Source of the DNA: Thermodesulfovibrionales bacterium
Lineage (GTDB): Bacteria > Nitrospirota > Thermodesulfovibrionia > Thermodesulfovibrionales > SM23-35
Reading direction: 5' to 3'
NCBI GenBank assembly: GCA_963715195.1
Contig: CAVQRT010000003.1
Location: 192,001 to 256,000 of the forward strand
Length of the DNA: 64,000 nucleotides
Positions within the stretch are counted from its first letter, which is position 1; the number at the start of each line of letters is the position of its first letter. Of the stretch, positions 49,449 to 56,585 are shown in pieces. Position numbers and translations under genes: made by a program. Below the pieces are notes generated by a model. The model was given only the letters and a program-made list of their open reading frames with translations. It was not told the origin of the DNA and ran no database searches.

Positions 49449-49540
49449 TTTGAATATGCTTATGCTTTTCGCCTTGGCATGCCATCCTTAGGAAACTTAA
49501 AAATATCTCAAAATCAAAATTTCATAATAATCTCCTGCTG

Positions 49541-49615
49541 TGTCATTCCGGCTTGTCCGGAATCTTTCTTTATTTTCAGAAGGATTCCCGACGCGCTATG
49601 CTTGCGGGAATGACA
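49541..49615. repeat. palindromic REP/RPE-like miniature element
   Basis: Terminal inverted repeat TGTCATTCC...GGAATGACA with two internal hairpins, ATTCCGG-cttgt-CCGGAAT and ATTCCCG...CGGGAAT. Confidence 0.65.
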
Positions 49616-49858
49616 GTTTTAAAGCGACACCCTATTTTGAGGTTCACATGTTGTTGAACAGTTCGGTTAGTTTGTTATGTTTATGCTATGGTACATTCGG
49701 ATGTTAACTAAAAACAGTCTGTTGCGTTGCTCGTCATCTCCTTCATATTCATTAAGAAAATTTCATATTCTGTTCATCTTGTTTTCATTTTCATCTGATA
49801 TTCTTTTATATTTTCCATCTTGTGGAAAAGAGCAATTTTGCGAGGAAGGGGATATATC

Positions 49859-50083
49859 ATGGTCAGAAACATCGTAAGTAGAGCAATGTTTAAATGCTGC
49901 GTATGCGGTCAACCCATAGCATTTGGCCTCAGGTGCTTTCAGTCATTGGATAAACCTATGGATCATTATCACACAAGTTGTTATGAGAAAACAGCTATGA
50001 ACAGAATTGAACCCGCATATCAAGAGGGGAAAAGATCTGTTAGATATGCACGGAACTTCCTCTCTCGAATATTCGGAGGTTGA
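49859..50083 (+). CDS. small hypothetical protein with a C-x2-C-x21-H-x2-C putative zinc finger
   Basis: GAGGAAGGGG RBS, ATG at 49859; KCCVCGQPI...YHTSCY. Confidence 0.5.
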   Translation: MVRNIVSRAMFKCCVCGQPIAFGLRCFQSLDKPMDHYHTSCYEKTAMNRIEPAYQEGKRSVRYARNFLSRIFGG

Positions 50084-50604
50084 TGGGGAGATATAGATTT
50101 TGTGTTCGATACATTTGGATGTCTCATTTCGACTAGGGTCAAAGGAACACCCCTTTTCCTGTTCGCCTGCCCTGTCTAACTCCTGAGTAATATTATTAAG
50201 ACAGGCGATTGGTACGCTATCCCCCCGTCCTTCGGAGGATATTCTTCCTTCTCAAAAACCTTCTGCCTTACTTCTAACAAAATATCAAAAAAACAACCCG
50301 AAACAAGCTTAAAGGATTTACTGGCGTGGATATTACATAGTAGTGAGATTTGTTTTTTCGCCGTACTTGTGATATCACATCTCACATTTATGTGAGATGT
50401 CAACAGAACCGCAAAAATGTTGATTTGCACAGTTTGCGAGCTTTCTTCAGAAATAACAGATGATGAGGTATAATGAACCATGACAGAAATATCCGTGAAG
50501 CACATGACTGAAGCCTTTCCAGGGAATATCTGCAAAGCTGATCCAACAAACTACACCTCGATTATTTATAATGACCTCACATTCTTTTCTTTCCGGTAAA
50601 AAGC

Positions 50605-51144
50605 ATGGTATGCCCTTCCCGGTTTTCCTTTGTCCTGTATAACCCCATCAGAAAAGCTTTTACAGACAGGACCAACGTCATCGCTTTGTCAGGTGTTACT
50701 CCCGATTCTGTTGTTTTGGAAGTCGGGGCCGGGAACGGTTTCCTGACAGAAACCCTTGCCGAACATGCTCTGAAGGTTTATGCCCTGGAGTTACAGAAAG
50801 GAATGGTGAACAAGCTACAAAAAAGGGTTCATCGTTTTGGTGATAAGGTAGAGATTATCTGTGATGATATTGCCGCATACAAAGTACAGGAAGCGTTTGC
50901 AGATATATGCCTCATGTATTACAGCTTCCACGAAGTCGGCAACAAGCCCGAGGCGGCCGGGAATATAAGCAATGCAGTAAAAGGAAACGGATTGATTTCC
51001 ATCTTTGAGCCGACCATAGAGGTTACACAAGCAGGCATGAAGGAGACGATTCACTTATTCAAACGCATGGGTTTTGTGGAAGAAATAGACAGGAACGGCT
51101 TTTTCACAAGATTTGCGAGGTTAAGGAAGTCTGTGAAGGCATGA
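50605..51144 (+). CDS. class I SAM-dependent methyltransferase
   Basis: VLEVGAGNG motif I, YALELQ, FHEV..P. Confidence 0.85.
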   Translation: MVCPSRFSFVLYNPIRKAFTDRTNVIALSGVTPDSVVLEVGAGNGFLTETLAEHALKVYALELQKGMVNKLQKRVHRFGDKVEIICDDIAAYKVQEAFADICLMYYSFHEVGNKPEAAGNISNAVKGNGLISIFEPTIEVTQAGMKETIHLFKRMGFVEEIDRNGFFTRFARLRKSVKA

Positions 51145-51250
51145 CCTTTTTGCAAGGCTTTCATACAGCAGGACAGGGCAATGCCACTTTTGAAGTCTTC
51201 AGGATTTAGGTATTGTTTGCAATCCTTTTCTTTATCAACAGCATGGAGAA

Positions 51251-51280
51251 TTGACATAATTCTTATACTCTATCTATACT
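51251..51280 (+). promoter_or_regulatory. sigma70-type promoter of the thiC leader
   Basis: TTGACA-18 bp-TATACT immediately upstream of the riboswitch. Confidence 0.65.
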
Positions 51281-51288
51281 GTAATTGT

Positions 51289-51382
51289 ACCCTGGGGGAG
51301 GCTGAACAGCCTGAGAATCTCCGTAAGACTGCGGAAGAGACCCCTCGAACCTGATACGGGTAATGCCGTCGGAGGGAATGGG
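51289..51382 (+). ncRNA. TPP (THI-box) riboswitch
   Basis: GGGGG...CTGAGA...ACCC.TCGAACCTGAT.CGGGTAATGCCG.CGGAGGGA consensus directly upstream of thiC. Confidence 0.93.
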
Positions 51383-51388
51383 AGGTTA

Positions 51389-51448
51389 GCCGTATCTCTT
51401 ACCGCCCTTTTTTCGGATCAGCGGGGCTGTTTGGGATGCGGTTTTTTG
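51389..51448 (+). terminator. intrinsic terminator, probable expression platform of the TPP riboswitch
   Basis: CCGTATCTC pairs with GGGATGCGG (with G-U pairs) and is followed by a T tract. Confidence 0.55.
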
Positions 51449-51538
51449 TTTTATGAACGTGACGATGACAGGAAGACAAATTTTCTTTTTACGGATTAAT
51501 ACAGTGGAAACTGCACACAACTCTGTGAGGTTCATTCA

Positions 51539-52828
51539 ATGACACGGGTAGAAACAGCCAAAAAGGGAATAATCACCGACGAAGTGAAAGAAGTGGCAAT
51601 CGCTGAAGGGATTGCTCCGGAAAGACTTGCCTCAGATATTGCAGACGGATTTAGTGTTATTCCGCGGAATCGTATCCATGCGATCAAGCCGATAGGAATC
51701 GGCAGAGGCCTGAGGACAAAGATCAATGCGAATATCGGAACGTCAAGAGACAGGGTTTTCTTCGACGAAGAGCTGAAAAAACTTGATGTTCTCACCCGGT
51801 ATGGAGCTGATGCGGTCATGGACCTCTCCACCGGGGGGCCTATCAGCGAATTAAGAAGACTTCTTACCGGAAAAACCGCTCTCTCTGTCGGAACTGTTCC
51901 TATCTACGAGGCGGCTGTAAAAGCAGCCGAGATGCACGGTACGATTTCCAGGATGACTCCCGACAGCATCTTCGATGTGATCGGGGAACATGCAGAAGAA
52001 GGAATTGATTTTGTGACCGTGCATTGCGGCCTTACAAAAAAAGCTGTTGAACGGCTGAGAGAGGAAGGCAGAGTCCTTGATATCGTCAGTCGTGGAGGTT
52101 CTTTCCTTCTTGAATGGATGATTTACAATGACAGGGAAAATCCTCTTTATGAGCATTTCGACCGGCTGTTGGAAATTTCGAAGAAATACGATGTAACCCT
52201 CAGCCTCGGAGACGCCCTGCGGCCAGGATGTCTTGAAGATGCAACGGACAGGAGCCAGATTGAAGAACTTTTGACGATCAGCGAACTCAGGGACAGGGCT
52301 TTCGAGGCGGGTGTCCAAGTGATCATTGAAGGACCTGGGCATGTACCGCTAAACCAGGTGGAATTGAATATCAAAATTCAGAAAGAAATCTGCAAAGGCG
52401 CGCCTTTTTACGTACTCGGCCCGCTCGTAACCGATATCGCAATGGGCTACGATCATATTGCCGCGGCTATCGGCGGGGCGATTGCCGGCGCTGCCGGCGC
52501 CGATTTCCTGTGCTACGTCACTCCGGCCGAACATATCAGGCTCCCCGATATCGATGATGTCCGGGAAGGGGTCATTGCCTCAAAAATAGCTGCACACGCA
52601 GCAGACATTGCAAAGGGCATCCCCTCAGCAATCGAACGCGACAGGAAGATGGCAGAGTGCAGAAAAAATCTCGACTGGAACGGTCAGATAGCGCTGAGTC
52701 TTGATCCCGAAAGGGTAAGGGAATGGCGCTCCAGAGTACCGCCGGCAGAGCAGGATGTCTGCAGTATGTGCGGTGAGTTCTGCGCCATCAGGAAAGTAGA
52801 ACGGGCACTCAGAAAGAAAAATTTATGA
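51539..52828 (+). CDS. thiC: phosphomethylpyrimidine synthase
   Basis: KINANIGTS, MDLSTGG, GTVPIYE, VSRGGS, SLGDALRPG, EGPGHVP, YVTPAEH, CSMCGEFC. Confidence 0.96.
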   Translation: MTRVETAKKGIITDEVKEVAIAEGIAPERLASDIADGFSVIPRNRIHAIKPIGIGRGLRTKINANIGTSRDRVFFDEELKKLDVLTRYGADAVMDLSTGGPISELRRLLTGKTALSVGTVPIYEAAVKAAEMHGTISRMTPDSIFDVIGEHAEEGIDFVTVHCGLTKKAVERLREEGRVLDIVSRGGSFLLEWMIYNDRENPLYEHFDRLLEISKKYDVTLSLGDALRPGCLEDATDRSQIEELLTISELRDRAFEAGVQVIIEGPGHVPLNQVELNIKIQKEICKGAPFYVLGPLVTDIAMGYDHIAAAIGGAIAGAAGADFLCYVTPAEHIRLPDIDDVREGVIASKIAAHAADIAKGIPSAIERDRKMAECRKNLDWNGQIALSLDPERVREWRSRVPPAEQDVCSMCGEFCAIRKVERALRKKNL

Positions 52829-52829
52829 A

Positions 52830-53591
52830 ATGAAAACAGCACTCACCATAGCCGGTTCTGATCCGACAGGCGGAGCAGGATTGCAGGCAGACCTGAAAGT
52901 TTTCAGATCCTTCGGTGTGTATGGACTCTCTGCTGTATCCGCAGTGACCGCCCAGAACACTGCGGGAGTGGATTCTGTCTTCCCCGTTGAAAGAAATGCC
53001 TTTGAGAAACAGCTTCGTATTCTCATCTCTGACATTAGGCCGGATGCCGTCAAAATAGGAATGCTCTACAGCACATGGTCTGCTGAATTTCTTGCAGAGC
53101 TTTTCTCCGAACATGGGTTCAGGAACATTGTGATCGATCCGGTGGCCGTCTCTTCATCAGGGATGAGCCTTGTAGATCAGGGAACACTGGATCTCGTCCG
53201 TTTGAAGCTTTTTCCGTTATCAAGGGTCATAACACCGAATATCTATGAAGCAGCTCTCCTGACCGGTATCATGGTAGAAGAACAGAAAGGCATGGAGGAA
53301 GCTGCGCGTTCCCTGAAATCCATGGGGCCGGAAATCATCGTCATCACCGGTGGTCATCTCGAGGGGAAAGCGGCAGACCTCTTCTTCGACGGAGTATTCC
53401 ATGTTATCGAGGCCGAAAAAATAGAAGGAGATTATCACGGCACCGGATGCGCGTTCTCTTCAGCAATAACCGCGCTCCTTGCCCTCAACTATACCCCGCT
53501 CGAGTCAGTCAGAAAAGCGAAAGAGTATGTTCGGGATGCAATGAAAAAGGGTAATTTTTTAGGCAGGGGAATGACCCTGCTGAATCTTTGA
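52830..53591 (+). CDS. thiD: hydroxymethylpyrimidine/phosphomethylpyrimidine kinase
   Basis: IAGSDPTGGAGLQADLK, TAQNT, KIGML, TPNIYEA, HGTGC. Confidence 0.95.
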   Translation: MKTALTIAGSDPTGGAGLQADLKVFRSFGVYGLSAVSAVTAQNTAGVDSVFPVERNAFEKQLRILISDIRPDAVKIGMLYSTWSAEFLAELFSEHGFRNIVIDPVAVSSSGMSLVDQGTLDLVRLKLFPLSRVITPNIYEAALLTGIMVEEQKGMEEAARSLKSMGPEIIVITGGHLEGKAADLFFDGVFHVIEAEKIEGDYHGTGCAFSSAITALLALNYTPLESVRKAKEYVRDAMKKGNFLGRGMTLLNL

Positions 53592-53614
53592 CTATTTTTG
53601 TAAAAGGAGGAAAC

Positions 53615-53794
53615 ATGGGAACCGATCATGAGAAAAAGAAAATAGACCCCGAAAAGATGCAGATACTCAGGAACCTTCCGGTAGAAATTAAACAGTCACT
53701 CACAAAAGAAGAGGTTGATGCATTTCTGCATGATGAGGTCTGGCCTGACTCGCTGCAGGAAAAACTGAAAGAATTTCTGGTAGATGAAAACTAA
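53615..53794 (+). CDS. small hypothetical protein (59 aa)
   Basis: Strong AAAGGAGG RBS before ATG 53615; overlaps the radA start. Confidence 0.7.
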   Translation: MGTDHEKKKIDPEKMQILRNLPVEIKQSLTKEEVDAFLHDEVWPDSLQEKLKEFLVDEN

Positions 53795-55145
53795 GACGTT
53801 CTTTCAGTGCCAGGCCTGCGGATACGCAAGCCCCAAATGGCTGGGCAAGTGTCCTGATTGCAACGCATGGAACAGCTTTGCTGAAGAGAAAAAGGAGACC
53901 CTCACCCGGCATGCATCGATTGCATCCCACTTCGGCAAATCCGACCCGCAGCCTCTGAGTTCTGTCAGACCTGCCTTTGCACAACGCACTTCTTCGGGCA
54001 TTTCAGAACTTGACAGAGTTCTCGGCGGCGGAATCGTTGCAGGTTCGGTCATCCTGGTTGGCGGCGATCCGGGCATCGGGAAATCCACCCTCCTCCTGCA
54101 GGCCGTTTCCGGTATTGCAAAAAACACCGGCAAAGCATTGTATGTCTCTGGTGAGGAATCCCCGGAACAGATCAAAATCAGGGCTGAGAGGCTTTCAATA
54201 CACTCAGAAGAAATCATCCTGCTCCCGGAGACCTCACTCGAAACCATCATTCAGACAGCTTCGAAACTTGTTCCAAATGTGATGGTCATTGATTCCATCC
54301 AGACCGTTTATACCGAGGAACTTGTCTCAGCTCCCGGGTCTGTCAGTCAGGTCAGGGAGTGCGCTGCAAAGCTCATGCTCTTCGCAAAAAAGTCGGATAT
54401 TCCGGTCTTCCTTGTCGGTCATGTGACCAAGGAAGGCGCAATTGCAGGTCCCCGGGTGCTTGAACATATTGTGGACACCGTCCTGTACTTCGAAGGAGAC
54501 CGGGGCCATTCCTACCGCATTCTGAGAACGGTCAAGAACAGATTCGGCTCGACAAATGAAATCGGCATTTTTGAAATGTCTGATTCCGGGCTCCTGGAAG
54601 TCGACAACCCCTCGGAGCTGTTTCTCCTTGAAAGGCCCTTGCAAGTCTCGGGGTCAGCCGTTGTGGCAAGCATTGAGGGTACCCGTCCGCTCATGGTCGA
54701 ACTGCAGTCTCTGGTTTCGCAGACAAATTTCGGCTTGCCGCGAAGGACTACGATCGGGGTTGATTTCAACAGGGTGAACCTGCTCGTCGCGGTTCTCGAA
54801 AAAAAGATCGGCCTTCAGCTCGGAGGCATGGATATTTTTGTGAACGTTGTCGGGGGGCTCAAGCTCATCGAGCCTGCCGTTGACCTCGGCATTATCACCG
54901 CGGTCGTCTCATCCATCAGGGATATCCCGGTTGATCCGCACCTCTTTGTATTCGGCGAGGCCGGCCTCTCGGGTGAAATACGGGCTGTTGCCCAGGCAGA
55001 GACCCGCCTGAAGGAGGCCTCCAAGATCGGGTTCAGACATGCCGTTATCCCCGCAGGAAACGCTGAAAAGATGCGTGATGGTTTCGGTCTCGAAATAACA
55101 GGAGTGAGAAATGTGGAAGAATGCATCGAAACTGTTTTTGGTTAG
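53784..55145 (+). CDS. radA: DNA repair protein RadA/Sms
   Basis: C4 zinc finger, GDPGIGKSTLL, KNRFG, Lon-like C-terminus. Confidence 0.97.
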   Translation: MKTKTFFQCQACGYASPKWLGKCPDCNAWNSFAEEKKETLTRHASIASHFGKSDPQPLSSVRPAFAQRTSSGISELDRVLGGGIVAGSVILVGGDPGIGKSTLLLQAVSGIAKNTGKALYVSGEESPEQIKIRAERLSIHSEEIILLPETSLETIIQTASKLVPNVMVIDSIQTVYTEELVSAPGSVSQVRECAAKLMLFAKKSDIPVFLVGHVTKEGAIAGPRVLEHIVDTVLYFEGDRGHSYRILRTVKNRFGSTNEIGIFEMSDSGLLEVDNPSELFLLERPLQVSGSAVVASIEGTRPLMVELQSLVSQTNFGLPRRTTIGVDFNRVNLLVAVLEKKIGLQLGGMDIFVNVVGGLKLIEPAVDLGIITAVVSSIRDIPVDPHLFVFGEAGLSGEIRAVAQAETRLKEASKIGFRHAVIPAGNAEKMRDGFGLEITGVRNVEECIETVFG

Positions 55146-55893
55146 TCTTGTTCTGATCCTTTGTTCGTGCGCTGTAAAGCGGCCTGATTTGCCTGACTAC
55201 GGAGAGATTGACCTGCAAGAATTTCTTGCCTCACGGGATGGGATTTCCTCAATCGAAACGACGTTCTCGGTAGTTTTCGAAAAGGACAACACGGAAATGA
55301 AAGGGGATGGGGCTCTCAACCTCCTGAAAAATGGCGACCTGTTGATGCGCATCTATTCATTCGGTTTCCTCGCGTTCGAAATGACTGCACGCGATGGGAT
55401 CATAAAGAGCAATCCGCCGGTCGACAGAAACAGGGGGATTCTGCTTTCATCCGGCCTGCGCGACTGCCTGTTCTGGTGGGACATAAAAAATTTCAGCGTG
55501 GAAGAAGACGAGAGCGTTTACGTGCTGCAGAATATGACAAGATCGCTCTGGATAAACAAGAAAACCATGCTTCCTCTCCAGCAGACAATCTCGCTCGATG
55601 ACGGGAGGGAGCTGTTGATCAGATATGAAAATCCCGATTTCGCGGGTACAGTCTGGTATCCTTCAAAAATCAGGATCGAGCTGGCCCGCTCTGCGGTGAC
55701 TCTGAACATCAGGGAGATATCATTTCTCCCCGGCGGTCAATCCGAGATCAACCGAGACTGTCCTGATGATCGAACTGCCGATAGCATCTGCCCTGGACAG
55801 GTACCCTTCAAGGAGGGCATTATCGCAAACGGTATTGATAAGCCGTGGCGTTCCCTTCGTGCATCTGAAAACTTCCCGTACTGCCTCCTCTAA
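55111..55893 (+). CDS. lipoprotein, probably LolA/LolB-like fold (DUF4292-like)
   Basis: Lipobox ILCSC; beta-rich body ending in WYPSKIRIE; the C-terminal tail overlaps the convergent ATPase gene. Confidence 0.55.
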   Translation: MWKNASKLFLVSLVLILCSCAVKRPDLPDYGEIDLQEFLASRDGISSIETTFSVVFEKDNTEMKGDGALNLLKNGDLLMRIYSFGFLAFEMTARDGIIKSNPPVDRNRGILLSSGLRDCLFWWDIKNFSVEEDESVYVLQNMTRSLWINKKTMLPLQQTISLDDGRELLIRYENPDFAGTVWYPSKIRIELARSAVTLNIREISFLPGGQSEINRDCPDDRTADSICPGQVPFKEGIIANGIDKPWRSLRASENFPYCLL

Positions 55894-56544
55894 AAAAATT
55901 TCCCTGATACTTCCCGCAACAGACAGGCGGTGCTTTATATAATCCCTCGTGTCTTTTTCGGAAAATTCCGTTAAACGGATCTTCAGGGCTACCCGCTGTT
56001 TCAGCGGGTCGTCAAGTGAGAGGACGTCTTCAAGTTCCGGCAGACCGAAAAAAACAATGTTGATCATTTTGCCGTTTGGCATCTCCATGTTCAGAAGCCC
56101 CCTGAACTCTTCCATGATCTCCCGGGAATTCAGCATCTGAACCTCATCAATCATCACAACGGCATTCTTCTTCTCATCGATAATCTCATGCAGTCTCTGG
56201 TAAATCTGCGCGAGAAGTTCCACCTTGTTCTCCTTCACATCTCTCACGCCAAGCTGGATTGCAAATTTTCTGAAGAGCCATTCTGAACTCACACTGGAAT
56301 GGACGACGACAAGAAGGGCTGCCTCATATGCATGTTCGTCTAATTCTTCCAGAAACCTCCGCGCCAGGGTTGTCTTTCCGGTACCGATGCCGCCGATGAC
56401 AACGGCAAGCCCTTTCCTCGTATCTACCGCATACCTGAGCTTCAGCATGGCATCAGCGTGGAGGGGGCTGTTATAGTAAAACCGGCTGTCAACAACATTC
56501 GAGAATGGATGCTCTTTCAGTTGAAAATATTCCAGATAATCCAC
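55720..56544 (-). CDS. ExeA/GspA-like AAA ATPase
   Basis: Y.EYF.L.E.PFS, GGIGTGKTTL, IDEVQ, GLPEL, LKQRV, G.PRLIN..CDNAL. Confidence 0.9.
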   Translation of the reverse strand: MDYLEYFQLKEHPFSNVVDSRFYYNSPLHADAMLKLRYAVDTRKGLAVVIGGIGTGKTTLARRFLEELDEHAYEAALLVVVHSSVSSEWLFRKFAIQLGVRDVKENKVELLAQIYQRLHEIIDEKKNAVVMIDEVQMLNSREIMEEFRGLLNMEMPNGKMINIVFFGLPELEDVLSLDDPLKQRVALKIRLTEFSEKDTRDYIKHRLSVAGSIREIFLEEAVREVFRCTKGTPRLINTVCDNALLEGYLSRADAIGSSIIRTVSVDLGLTAGEK

Positions 56545-56585
56545 GGTGTGAAGATTGACGGCCCGGAACGGCGATACCCGCCGGG

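Noticed and set aside
50085..50270. c-di-AMP (ydaO) riboswitch-like words (ATCC..GGACGGGGG, GGGGTG) on the minus strand
   Set aside because: The 3' consensus is missing and there is no downstream gene on that strand
50176..50535. 119-aa minus-strand ORF
   Set aside because: It has a TTG start, no RBS and no recognisable motif, and it spans probable regulatory palindromes
50480..50599. 39-codon plus-strand ORF (MTEISVKH...) just upstream of the methyltransferase
   Set aside because: A TATAAT precedes it, but it has no sequence features or homology evidence and cannot be supported
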